This document shows positions 47,731 through 56,306 of a DNA stretch of 64,000 bases, piece after piece. This DNA is from a virus, in IMG/VR virus record IMGVR_UViG_3300025009_000051, positions 119,717 through 183,716 of that record; one strand, written 5' to 3'. Under the pieces are notes generated by a model. The model saw only the letters and a list, made by a program, of their open reading frames with translations. It searched no databases and had not been told where the DNA came from. The translations under genes and the position numbers were made by a program. Numbering within the stretch: position 1 is the first letter of the stretch; the number at the start of each line of letters is the position of its first letter.

Positions 47731-48117
47731 TTATATCTTTTTATATTTTTTGTAAGAACATATAATATTAAAAGATGTAGAATTTAAAATTTCTTTAAAA
47801 TCTTCTCCCATTTCTTTTATTTCTTCATCGTCTTCGTCATACTTCCAATTAATAGTTATATTTGTATAATCTTGAAGAATCAATAAAATTTGAAATATAT
47901 ATTTGTGTGATGTACTATTAATCAAATTAAAATGAAAATTTACATTTATATCCGTCTTTATTTCAGATAAATTTTCCTCTAACCAAAGTATGCAATTCTC
48001 ATACATATTATCCGGAACTTGTTTAACTGAGTTTCCTGTGAAGCTATATTCTCCTGTTTCATTATTTAAAATGATTAAAGGAGTTTCTTTAGTTTTTTTT
48101 ATATATAAGTCTTCCAT
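47731..48117 (-). CDS. SiaC/DUF1987-family protein
   Basis: LYIKKTKETP...SFTGNS...WLE...INSTSHKYIFQIL...INWKYDEDDEEIKEMGEDF. Confidence 0.75.
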   Translation of the reverse strand: MEDLYIKKTKETPLIILNNETGEYSFTGNSVKQVPDNMYENCILWLEENLSEIKTDINVNFHFNLINSTSHKYIFQILLILQDYTNITINWKYDEDDEEIKEMGEDFKEILNSTSFNIICSYKKYKKI

Positions 48118-48122
48118 ATTGA

Positions 48123-48605
48123 TTATAAATTAAATTTCTTGATAAATGTTTCAGAAATAGATTGATATTTTTTTATTAAATTCACATCTACTAAATCTAA
48201 ATGTTCTTCTATAAATTTTTCAGATAATACTTGATATATAGAAATAAATTCCCAATTTAAATGAAATTTATATTTATCAATAAATGCTTCTGATAATGGT
48301 TGCCATCTAGAAACTAAAAACCAATAAATGTGATCTTTATATTTTTCTATAAATTCTTCAGATAATATTTGATGTTTTGATATACAATACCAAGAAACTA
48401 AATTAAAATTTTTTTCTATAAATTCTTCAGATAATATTTGATGTTTTGATAATAAATACCAATTTAATTTGTTACTATATTTTTCTATAAATTCTTCAGA
48501 TAAGAATAAATATTTTGATATCCAATCCCAATCAATTTTAGATTCGTCTAACACATCTAAAACTCTGGTTTCCTTATCATATGTTAAATAATCTAATTTT
48601 TTCAT
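48123..48605 (-). CDS. Tryptophan-repeat protein (22-aa WxxISxxQxLSEEFIEKY units)
   Basis: About six tandem 22-aa repeats, also visible as 66-bp DNA repeats. Confidence 0.8.
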   Translation of the reverse strand: MKKLDYLTYDKETRVLDVLDESKIDWDWISKYLFLSEEFIEKYSNKLNWYLLSKHQILSEEFIEKNFNLVSWYCISKHQILSEEFIEKYKDHIYWFLVSRWQPLSEAFIDKYKFHLNWEFISIYQVLSEKFIEEHLDLVDVNLIKKYQSISETFIKKFNL

Positions 48606-48634
48606 TGGATTTGTTTTTAAATAAGTATATTAAA

Positions 48635-48901
48635 TCAAATTAAAAATAAAATTCTTTTTTTATCAATATATTCAAGTAATTGTACAATCTGTTCAAATTG
48701 TAGATATGTCGTTACTTCATCACTTCTTAAAAAATTAAATACTTTTTTTCTTTCTATTGTTTTTTCTTTAAATTTGTCTGTGATCAAATCAATGTAATAT
48801 TCATAATCTAATTTTGTTTCAAATGATTCTTTTCCATATTTCACTTGCAAATCTTTTTCTATTTCTGTTTGATAGGTTTTTTTGATATTGTGTTGTTGCA
48901 T
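48635..48901 (-). CDS. Hypothetical protein
   Basis: ORF track. Confidence 0.55.
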   Translation of the reverse strand: MQQHNIKKTYQTEIEKDLQVKYGKESFETKLDYEYYIDLITDKFKEKTIERKKVFNFLRSDEVTTYLQFEQIVQLLEYIDKKRILFLI

Positions 48902-48950
48902 AATTTAAAAAATTAAAGTTTATGAAATATACAAAAAAAATTTTTAATTC

Positions 48951-48971
48951 TTATATTTATTATAAATATAA
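48951..48971. promoter_or_regulatory. Palindromic pair of late motifs (TTATATTTAT-T-ATAAATATAA)
   Basis: Perfect inverted repeat in the divergent intergenic region. Confidence 0.55.
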
Positions 48972-48991
48972 AATAATAAATAAATCGTTAT

Positions 48992-49834
48992 ATGGAAAAA
49001 GAAGAAAACAAAACTATCGTTCAAACCAAAACCAAAGAAGCTCCTAAATTTCTATTTCAAACTCAAGTAGAAACAGTATTATTGCCAAGTAAAGGATTAA
49101 CATATCCAGAAGATAACCAATTAAGTTCTGGAGAAGTGGATTTATATTATCCTGATACAAGTCATGAAGAAATTTTAATGAGTCAAAAATTAATTAAAAA
49201 TAATACGGTCGTAGATAAATTTTTAAAATCTGTAATAGCTTCAGATATCAATTACAATGATTTAATACCTGGAGATAAATCGGCTTTAATGATTGCTGCA
49301 AGAATTTTATTGTATGGAAAAAATTATGAAACAGAAGTTAAATGTAGGCATTGTGGTGAAACTCAACCGGCTATAATTGATTTAACTACATTTAAAGATG
49401 CAGAAATAGATTATAATTTATTGAATAGAGAGAACAGATATACGTTTGAATGTCCAAATAGAAAAGAAGTTATTACATTCAAATTATTAACTACTCTGGA
49501 TGAAGCAGAAGTAGAAAAAGAAATAAAATTTAGAAAAGATTTTGATAAAAAAAGTAATAGAGAAGCAGATACAGACTATGAATATTCTACAAGATTAAAA
49601 CATATGATTGTTTCAGTAGAATATAATCATAATGGTAACAAAGGTGTAATATCAGATCCTAAAGAATTAAATGCTTATAAAATGTTAAGCTTGGATTCAA
49701 AAGAATTTAAAAAATATTTAAAATTGGTTAATCCCACTATTGACACTTCAACATCATTCGTTTGTAAAGAATGTGGAGAGACAAACGAGATTAAGATGCC
49801 AATGCAAGCAAGCTTTTTTTGGCCTACCACCTGA
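48992..49834 (+). CDS. Tail/baseplate hub assembly chaperone (T4 gp26-like)
   Basis: VLLPSKG..YP...EEILMS..LI...DL..GDK..LMIAARILLYG...CRHC...CKEC...FFWP. Confidence 0.7.
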   Translation: MEKEENKTIVQTKTKEAPKFLFQTQVETVLLPSKGLTYPEDNQLSSGEVDLYYPDTSHEEILMSQKLIKNNTVVDKFLKSVIASDINYNDLIPGDKSALMIAARILLYGKNYETEVKCRHCGETQPAIIDLTTFKDAEIDYNLLNRENRYTFECPNRKEVITFKLLTTLDEAEVEKEIKFRKDFDKKSNREADTDYEYSTRLKHMIVSVEYNHNGNKGVISDPKELNAYKMLSLDSKEFKKYLKLVNPTIDTSTSFVCKECGETNEIKMPMQASFFWPTT

Positions 49835-49850
49835 TTATAGGAAGCAGGTG
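49814..49850 (+). other. Putative programmed ribosomal frameshift signal (U7 run + hairpin/pseudoknot)
   Basis: AGC TTT TTT TGG; CACCTG/CAGGTG stem 7 nt downstream of the run. Confidence 0.6.
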
Positions 49851-50120
49851 TTCCGTCGTATTTTTGAAATTACATATTACAGCGAAGGAGGAATTAATTA
49901 TGCGGAAGCATATGCATTTCCGGTGTGGCAGCGCAATTTCGTATATCAACAATTGAAAGAAACTAAAGAAAAAGAAAAAGCAGAAACAGATAAAATTACG
50001 AACAATCCTAAATCAGTTGCACCGACAAAACCACAAATTCCAAGTTTTGCTATGTCTAAAAATAAATCAAGTAATTTGTCTAAATATAAAGATGCGGTAA
50101 AAAATCCAAGAACTAAATAA
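49821..50120 (+). CDS. C-terminal extension of the chaperone in the +1/-2 frame (gp51/GT-like)
   Basis: GLPPDYRKQVFRRIFEITYYSEGGINYAEAYAFPVWQRNFVYQQL; no in-frame ATG upstream of this segment (the track start is a TTG inside the upstream gene). Confidence 0.65.
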   Translation, partial: GLPPDYRKQVFRRIFEITYYSEGGINYAEAYAFPVWQRNFVYQQLKETKEKEKAETDKITNNPKSVAPTKPQIPSFAMSKNKSSNLSKYKDAVKNPRTK

Positions 50121-50122
50121 AT

Positions 50123-50350
50123 TTATTCTTTATTCATTAGTCCAAGAATGGTAGAGCAAATATGATGAGAAAATAATAATTTTAATTCAGTAGGATCTTC
50201 AATGTAGTTTAATAATTCAGATATTTTTTGATGTAATATTTCTATTTGCTGCTCATATGATATTTCCAAATCAAATTCAAATCTTAAAATTTGATCTAAA
50301 ACTTTATCATTGATTTCTTGTATTTTTAGACTCCTATTAGAATAATCCAT
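50123..50350 (-). CDS. Hypothetical protein
   Basis: Preceded by TATATTTAT at 50374-50382. Confidence 0.55.
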   Translation of the reverse strand: MDYSNRSLKIQEINDKVLDQILRFEFDLEISYEQQIEILHQKISELLNYIEDPTELKLLFSHHICSTILGLMNKE

Positions 50351-50373
50351 ATTTCAAACATAACCATAAAAAT

Positions 50374-50401
50374 ATAAATATAAAAAAAATTTTATATTTA
50401 T
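50374..50401. promoter_or_regulatory. Back-to-back late motifs forming a 12-bp inverted repeat
   Basis: ATAAATATAAAA (50374-85)/TTTTATATTTAT (50390-401) between divergent genes. Confidence 0.55.
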
Positions 50402-50415
50402 TTAAAAACGACAAA

Positions 50416-50943
50416 GTGGCAAAACTAATTGATTTATTAGAAGCAAGAATTAAAGAATTAATAGATTTAAATATTCGTTTCAATAATTTTGAAAAGAAAC
50501 GAGTTAGATATCTTGGATTCTCTTTCAGAAAAAAACTCACCTATTGGAACGTAGGAAAATATATTCAAAAGGTTGAGATTCCTGGATTAAAGATAATTAG
50601 TAAGATGAAAGGAACTCTTAATGAAAAAATTAAGTTAGCATTGGAAGATGACGTACGCGTTTTCTGTAATTGCCCAGATTTTTTATATGGGGGTTTTAAA
50701 TATATTGGCACTCAATTAAAATACGGAACGGATAAGGAGCATAGACCACCCGTAATCCGCAATCCCCAAGAAGAAGGAACCGTTTGCAAACATATAAACT
50801 ATCTTTTATTAAATATAGATAATTATGTTGATAAGATAGAAGAGGATTATAAGAAAGGAAGTAAAGATAGGAAGACTGTCCTACATGATAAATCATTAGA
50901 ACAGAAAATTAAATTAATGGGATTGAAGAAAGTTAAGAAATAA
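50416..50943 (+). CDS. SWIM-type zinc-finger protein
   Basis: VFCNCPDF...VCKHI; GTG start. Confidence 0.65.
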   Translation: MAKLIDLLEARIKELIDLNIRFNNFEKKRVRYLGFSFRKKLTYWNVGKYIQKVEIPGLKIISKMKGTLNEKIKLALEDDVRVFCNCPDFLYGGFKYIGTQLKYGTDKEHRPPVIRNPQEEGTVCKHINYLLLNIDNYVDKIEEDYKKGSKDRKTVLHDKSLEQKIKLMGLKKVKK

Positions 50944-50945
50944 AG

Positions 50946-51245
50946 CTATTGTAAATCTATTATTTTTCCCCAATCCGTCCTATATTTAAAGGTAAACTGT
51001 TCTGAAATATTATCTAATAAATATTCATCAGAAAACACTTGTTTATTTTTAATTGCATCTCGAATATCTTCTATTGAGGCTCTTCCAAATTCATAACTTT
51101 CTCCAAATAAAGTAAATATTTTATCTTCATATTGAAATCCTCCTCCGCCTTTAACCTTGCTTTTATCTGAAACAAGATTGTTATGGTATGTGACATGTGA
51201 TAATATCAACTTACCATCTTCGATTATAAATTTTGGTTGTAGCAT
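50946..51245 (-). CDS. Phage hypothetical protein
   Basis: 99-aa ORF. Confidence 0.65.
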   Translation of the reverse strand: MLQPKFIIEDGKLILSHVTYHNNLVSDKSKVKGGGGFQYEDKIFTLFGESYEFGRASIEDIRDAIKNKQVFSDEYLLDNISEQFTFKYRTDWGKIIDLQ

Positions 51246-51256
51246 GATTAATTATT

Positions 51257-51508
51257 TTATATCCAATCAAGTAAAAATTCGGTTCTTGCTTTGTCTTCTT
51301 CTTTTGTTGCAGTGAAAATAATATCGAGAGACACAACTTCATCTGATTTTCTATCTAATAATATTTCTTCTATTTTTGTTAAATCTGTGTCTGTAGAATA
51401 AATATTAAAGATAAATTTATCTTTAACAGTTCTAATTTCTACCTGTACTCTAATTTTATAATCTTCAAATTCATTTTTTGAATATTTGAATCCATTTAAT
51501 TCTAACAT
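51257..51508 (-). CDS. Hypothetical protein
   Basis: ORF track. Confidence 0.6.
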   Translation of the reverse strand: MLELNGFKYSKNEFEDYKIRVQVEIRTVKDKFIFNIYSTDTDLTKIEEILLDRKSDEVVSLDIIFTATKEEDKARTEFLLDWI

Positions 51509-51530
51509 GATTTTTTTTTAATTTTAAGGT

Positions 51531-51698
51531 TTATAATAAATCAAATATATAATCCGGTTCTAAACCAAATTCTTCCAGTAAAATTTCTTCTGGATCTTCT
51601 CCTTCATATACTCTTTCTTTGGCTTCTGTTATAGCTTTGTCAGCTTCTTCAGGTGACATTTCATCTCTACTGATTAATACTTCTTTTAATGTTTTCAT
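51531..51698 (-). CDS. Small acidic phage protein (55 aa; not in the ORF track)
   Basis: Manual translation MKTLKEVLISRDEMSPEEADKAITEAKERVYEGEDPEEILLEEFGLEPDYIFDLL. Confidence 0.7.
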   Translation of the reverse strand: MKTLKEVLISRDEMSPEEADKAITEAKERVYEGEDPEEILLEEFGLEPDYIFDLL

Positions 51699-52039
51699 AT
51701 ATCGGTGTGTTTCTTAATAATTATTAAATTTTTAGGAATGAACCCGTTACTAAAATCAAGTATCCTTGAATACTTAAAAAACAATGCTTTAATTATATTA
51801 TATTCCAAATATGGATATAATTCATCGTCTGAAACATCTATATTTAATAATTGACCGAAAAGTCCTCGATCATTTAAATCTTGATTTAGTTTACTTAATG
51901 CATATCTTCTTATCGCTTTCCAATCTTCTCGCATTTGTTCTAAATCCAATGATGACGTGTGTCGAAATTCATCAAAATAAATTAAATCTTTCTCATCCAT
52001 TAAATTTTTCCAAACATCTAAAGTGGTTATTTTTGCCAT
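51695..52039 (-). CDS. Hypothetical protein
   Basis: ATG at 52039. Confidence 0.6.
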   Translation of the reverse strand: MAKITTLDVWKNLMDEKDLIYFDEFRHTSSLDLEQMREDWKAIRRYALSKLNQDLNDRGLFGQLLNIDVSDDELYPYLEYNIIKALFFKYSRILDFSNGFIPKNLIIIKKHTDI

Positions 52040-52084
52040 GTTATAAATTTTATTTCTTATCAAGAATTATTATTTTATTGTGGT

Positions 52085-52333
52085 TTATTTCAACTCATCC
52101 CTTTCATATAAATCGACAAATTCATCAAATGAACATTTTCTACTTCTATAATTTATACCTCCAAAATACCATTCCTCCCAATTAAAAATCACTATATCGT
52201 CTTCAATTGTAAGGTCATCCCAAATATATTCTGCATAGTTCATTAATTCTCTCCATTCGTCGTCGGAGTCGTCGTTTCTTCTACTTAAACCAGTTTTATT
52301 TTCTAACCAACTTATAAATTCTATTTTTGTCAT
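52085..52333 (-). CDS. Hypothetical acidic protein
   Basis: First gene after an early promoter. Confidence 0.65.
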   Translation of the reverse strand: MTKIEFISWLENKTGLSRRNDDSDDEWRELMNYAEYIWDDLTIEDDIVIFNWEEWYFGGINYRSRKCSFDEFVDLYERDELK

Positions 52334-52356
52334 GTCATAAATTTTATTTCTTAAAA

Positions 52357-52387
52357 CAAAGTTACAATAAAAAACGATATAAACAAA
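52357..52387 (-). promoter_or_regulatory. Bacteroidota sigma-type promoter TTTG-N19-TAACTTTG
   Basis: Both boxes present, 19-nt spacer. Confidence 0.7.
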
Positions 52388-52406
52388 TAAAAATTAAATA
52401 TTTTTT

Positions 52407-52415
52407 TATATTTAT
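52407..52415 (+). promoter_or_regulatory. Putative late promoter TATATTTAT
   Basis: 14 nt upstream of the baseplate wedge ATG. Confidence 0.6.
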
Positions 52416-52429
52416 AATAAAAATAATAG

Positions 52430-54313
52430 ATGTTATCAAATCAGACAACAAAAAGAGAAATAAGATATCTTGGTAAAGATTTCAACCAATTCAGACAAAA
52501 TTTAATTAATTTTGTTAAAACATATTTTCAAAATACATTTAATGATTTTGATCCAAATGATCCTGGAATAATGTTTATTGAATTAGCTTCTTCTGTTGGA
52601 GATACCTTATCATTTTATCTTGATACACAAATAAAAGAAACAATGCTTTTATATGCTGAAGAAAGACAAAACATATTATCTTTAGCACAAAGTTTAGGAT
52701 ATAAACCAAGAGTAACTTCTCCAGCAATTACGGATATAAATGTTTATCAAGTCATTCCCGCAATTGGCTCAGGAGAAAGTAATATTCCTGATTATAGGTA
52801 TGCATTAAAACTTAATCCAGGAATGATTGTTTCTTCTATAAGTGAAGATATAGATTTTATTACTCAAGCAGAAGTAGATTTTAGTATTTCTACCTATTAT
52901 AATCCTACATCAGTTGAAGTTTATCAAACAGATGGAAATGGAGAACCTACATTTTATTTATTAAAAAAATCAGTTAGAGTAGAATCTGGAACTCAAAAAA
53001 CCACAACATTTAATTTAGGAGATCCTGAAAGATATTTAGAATTAGATTTAACAGATACAAATGTAATTAAAATAGATTCTATTTTAGACAGTGATAGCAA
53101 CGAATGGTTAGAAGTTGATTATTTATCTCAAGATACCGTATTTGAACAGGTAAATAATAATGTATATAATGATGCTGAATTATCTGTTTATTCTTCTGAA
53201 GTACCTTATTTATTAAAAATGAAGGCAGTTCCTAAAAGATTTGTTACAAGGTACAATGATGATTTTAGTCTTAAATTAATGTTCGGAGCAGGTATATCGG
53301 ATATAGCAGATGAAGAAATGACCCCAAATCCAGACAATGTAGGTATTACAATTCCAACAGGAGTGACCAAATTAAATTATGATTGGAATGTAGCTAATTT
53401 TTTATATACTACTTCATATGGTGAAGCTCCACATAATACAACCTTGACAGTGAAATATACAGTTGGAGGAGGAGTAAATACAAATGTAATTCCAAATATC
53501 ATAAGAAAAGTTAAAGAAGTAGCATATAGTAATTCAACAACCGGATTAGATCAATCTTTACTGACATTGGTGAAACAAAGTTTATCAGTAAATAATCCAG
53601 AAGCTGCAACAGGTGGAAAGAGCGAACAATCGGTAGAAGAAATAAAATTAAATGCATTGGCTTATTTTGCTTCTCAAGGTAGAACAGTAAGTAAAGATGA
53701 TTATATTATTCGTTCTTATAGCATGCCTCAACAATTTGGTAGCATAGCGAAAGCATATATTACTCAAGATGAACAAATATCATTTGATGAATTAAAACAA
53801 AAAATAAAAAATCCTTTAGCACTTAACCTTTATATTTTAAGCTATAATGCAGATAAACAATTGGTAAATGCTAACACCGCAATAAAAGAAAATTTAAAAG
53901 TTTATTTAGATAGATATAGAATGATTACAGATGGTATTAATATTAAAAATGCTTATGTGGTTAATTTTAGAATATTATATGAAATAACAGTTTTACCAGA
54001 TTATTCGGCGAAAGAAGTGCTGCTCTATTGTACTGATGAATTGACTTCATTCTTTGATATAGAAAAATGGCAGATTAACCAACCAATTGTTAAAGCAGAT
54101 ATCATTCGGACGTTAGCAAATGTAAAGGGAGTCCAAAGTGTTCTTAATGTTAATTTTGAAAATGTATTCGATGAAGATGCTGGGTATTGGCCAAATGTGT
54201 ACGATTTAAATGTTGCTACAAATAATGGAGTAATTTATCCTTCTAAAGATCCTATGATTTTTGAAATTAAATATCCAGAGAACGATATTTTAGGTCGAGC
54301 AAAAAATTGGTAA
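52430..54313 (+). CDS. Baseplate wedge subunit (T4 gp6 / baseplate J-like)
   Basis: YLGKDFNQFRQNL...DPGIMFIELASSVGDTLSFY...YTVGGG...ATGG...QGRTVSKDDY. Confidence 0.85.
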   Translation: MLSNQTTKREIRYLGKDFNQFRQNLINFVKTYFQNTFNDFDPNDPGIMFIELASSVGDTLSFYLDTQIKETMLLYAEERQNILSLAQSLGYKPRVTSPAITDINVYQVIPAIGSGESNIPDYRYALKLNPGMIVSSISEDIDFITQAEVDFSISTYYNPTSVEVYQTDGNGEPTFYLLKKSVRVESGTQKTTTFNLGDPERYLELDLTDTNVIKIDSILDSDSNEWLEVDYLSQDTVFEQVNNNVYNDAELSVYSSEVPYLLKMKAVPKRFVTRYNDDFSLKLMFGAGISDIADEEMTPNPDNVGITIPTGVTKLNYDWNVANFLYTTSYGEAPHNTTLTVKYTVGGGVNTNVIPNIIRKVKEVAYSNSTTGLDQSLLTLVKQSLSVNNPEAATGGKSEQSVEEIKLNALAYFASQGRTVSKDDYIIRSYSMPQQFGSIAKAYITQDEQISFDELKQKIKNPLALNLYILSYNADKQLVNANTAIKENLKVYLDRYRMITDGINIKNAYVVNFRILYEITVLPDYSAKEVLLYCTDELTSFFDIEKWQINQPIVKADIIRTLANVKGVQSVLNVNFENVFDEDAGYWPNVYDLNVATNNGVIYPSKDPMIFEIKYPENDILGRAKNW

Positions 54314-54349
54314 CTTGCCGCGCAAAATAAAATTTAATTTTTAAATAAA

Positions 54350-54631
54350 TCATTTTATTTTTTTATATAATACCTCTGAATTATTTGAATAACTTTCATA
54401 CTCTTTTTCAAATATTGAAATAATATTATTATAATTATTAGCATCCCTAATACGTAATTCATCATCTAATTGAAATGCAATGTGATATAAACGTATTATA
54501 AAATATTCAAGACCATTTAATTTATATATATGATCGCATTTAAATTTCTGATTTGTTGTGCAAATAAAATTAAAATCTAAGTATGTATAAGATTCTTTTA
54601 ATTCTGTTGTTAGTCCATAATAATATTTCAT
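54350..54631 (-). CDS. Hypothetical protein
   Basis: ORF track. Confidence 0.55.
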   Translation of the reverse strand: MKYYYGLTTELKESYTYLDFNFICTTNQKFKCDHIYKLNGLEYFIIRLYHIAFQLDDELRIRDANNYNNIISIFEKEYESYSNNSEVLYKKIK

Positions 54632-54697
54632 AATATTTATTTTAAGTAATGTTTATATATTAATAATGTTAAATAATAAAAATTGTTTAATAAAAAA

Positions 54698-54985
54698 TTA
54701 TTTTAAATCTTTTGGATTCCATTCTGCCCAAATTGCATTACAAGCATTTAACCAATATCCAAACTTAGAATTATCTTCACATGGATATATAAAAACAGTT
54801 TCTTTTGGAAGAAAATCTCTTACTTTTTCTAAATCATTTTTATCGAACATTAAATGTGCTTTATGTCTATCGTCTCCATGACAACATTGTATAGTTCGAA
54901 TGTTTTGATTCCACAATGATTTTATTAATGGTACCAATTCACAATCTATTCTTATTCCATTTAATATTTCAAATTTGTGTATCAT
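54698..54985 (-). CDS. Small protein with a TYW3-like IDxxLxxLIxxL...TxxCCxG motif
   Basis: IDCELVPLIKSLWNQNIRTIQCCHG. Confidence 0.5.
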   Translation of the reverse strand: MIHKFEILNGIRIDCELVPLIKSLWNQNIRTIQCCHGDDRHKAHLMFDKNDLEKVRDFLPKETVFIYPCEDNSKFGYWLNACNAIWAEWNPKDLK

Positions 54986-55947
54986 TTCAATTTATTTTTA
55001 ATCAAGAATCTATCATTATATTCCACAGCATTATCATTTATATAATGCCATATTTTTTCAAACCCTAATTTATTAGCATCCTTTTCATCTGGCAAAAATA
55101 TCATATAAATTTTAGTATGCAACAATTTAAAAGAAAGATATTCAGCAATTTCAATCATTCTTTTCTTTGCATCATTATCTAATATGATATAAATAATAGG
55201 TGGTTGATACTTTATTAATTTATACAATAATTTTTCAGATATAAATTTTCCGTATAAAGGAATAGAATTAAATCTAATTGATATCGCATCAAAATTTCCT
55301 TCTGTAAGAGTTATAGGTAAATTAAAGTTAATTAAATTTTCAAATCCAATTATTTTATTTTTCTCTACATCTGGTCCAAGATAATTAGGTGTATATTTAT
55401 TATCTCCTATATATCTACCAATAAAAAAATTAAGTTCATTGTTTTCATTATAGTTTGGAATAATTATTCTATCTTTATATTTTCCTTCTTTACAATACCC
55501 AATATTATATCTAATAATGTCAATAGAAGAAATATTTCTATTTGATAAAATATTTAAAATGTTTGCAGAATATTCATCTATTTGTTTTAATTGAGATAAA
55601 GAAACAAACTCTTTCGGAAGTTGAAGAATATCTGTTTTATAATCTTCTGATGGTTTGTTAATTATAGAATGATTATATTTTTCTAAAATTACTTTTTCAA
55701 TATTCCAAATATAATCAGTAAGGTATTCAGATTTATTTAATCGTTTAAATAGAGAAGTAATGGTATATCCAGTTTCATCTGAAATCCAACAATGCCATAT
55801 TCCATAATGATTGGAATCAGAAAAATTGATTTCTAACTTCTTTTTTCTATGATGCATGAATGGAGAAAAGAAAGCATAATTTCCTTTGCTTTTTAAAGTT
55901 CCTTGACCAAGTTCCTTTTCAACTATATTTAATAATTCAGTATTCAT
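54982..55947 (-). CDS. DNA primase (DnaG/T4 gp61-like, TOPRIM)
   Basis: FSPF..H...WHCW (zinc domain), RIIIP...FFIGR, LTEGNFDAI, ILDNDA, KDAN. Confidence 0.85.
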   Translation of the reverse strand: MNTELLNIVEKELGQGTLKSKGNYAFFSPFMHHRKKKLEINFSDSNHYGIWHCWISDETGYTITSLFKRLNKSEYLTDYIWNIEKVILEKYNHSIINKPSEDYKTDILQLPKEFVSLSQLKQIDEYSANILNILSNRNISSIDIIRYNIGYCKEGKYKDRIIIPNYNENNELNFFIGRYIGDNKYTPNYLGPDVEKNKIIGFENLINFNLPITLTEGNFDAISIRFNSIPLYGKFISEKLLYKLIKYQPPIIYIILDNDAKKRMIEIAEYLSFKLLHTKIYMIFLPDEKDANKLGFEKIWHYINDNAVEYNDRFLIKNKLK

Positions 55948-55994
55948 TGTAGAAGAAATATAATAAATTTTGGTAATAATAAAAAATTATTTTT

Positions 55995-56003
55995 TATATT
56001 TAT
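55995..56003 (+). promoter_or_regulatory. Putative late promoter TATATTTAT
   Basis: In the divergent gap upstream of 56073. Confidence 0.45.
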
Positions 56004-56072
56004 TTATAAAATAGTTTGTTTATTAGAATTTTTATACTTATATTTGTTAAACAAACAACAAAAATAAAGAAT

Positions 56073-56303
56073 ATGAGACATAAAGATTTTAATAAGCCAT
56101 TAAAAAAAGAATTAATAGGATTCTTAAAAAAAGAAAAGATAGAAACGATAAAAGATGTATGGGACAGAACAAAATCTTATTTTTCAAATAAAAATATTCC
56201 GGTTGGAGGAACTGTTTCAACAATTGGTAATTATATATTAGTGAAAGGAATTTATATGGGAACTCGATTAAACTTTACTTTGAACATAAATGAAATTAAA
56301 TAA
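56073..56303 (+). CDS. Hypothetical protein
   Basis: ATG at 56073 (MRHKD). Confidence 0.6.
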   Translation: MRHKDFNKPLKKELIGFLKKEKIETIKDVWDRTKSYFSNKNIPVGGTVSTIGNYILVKGIYMGTRLNFTLNINEIK

Positions 56304-56306
56304 AAT

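Noticed and set aside
37219-55947. Introns or inteins in ligase, RtcB or primase
   Set aside because: Motif spacing and lengths are normal; no C/S...HN intein ends or frame breaks
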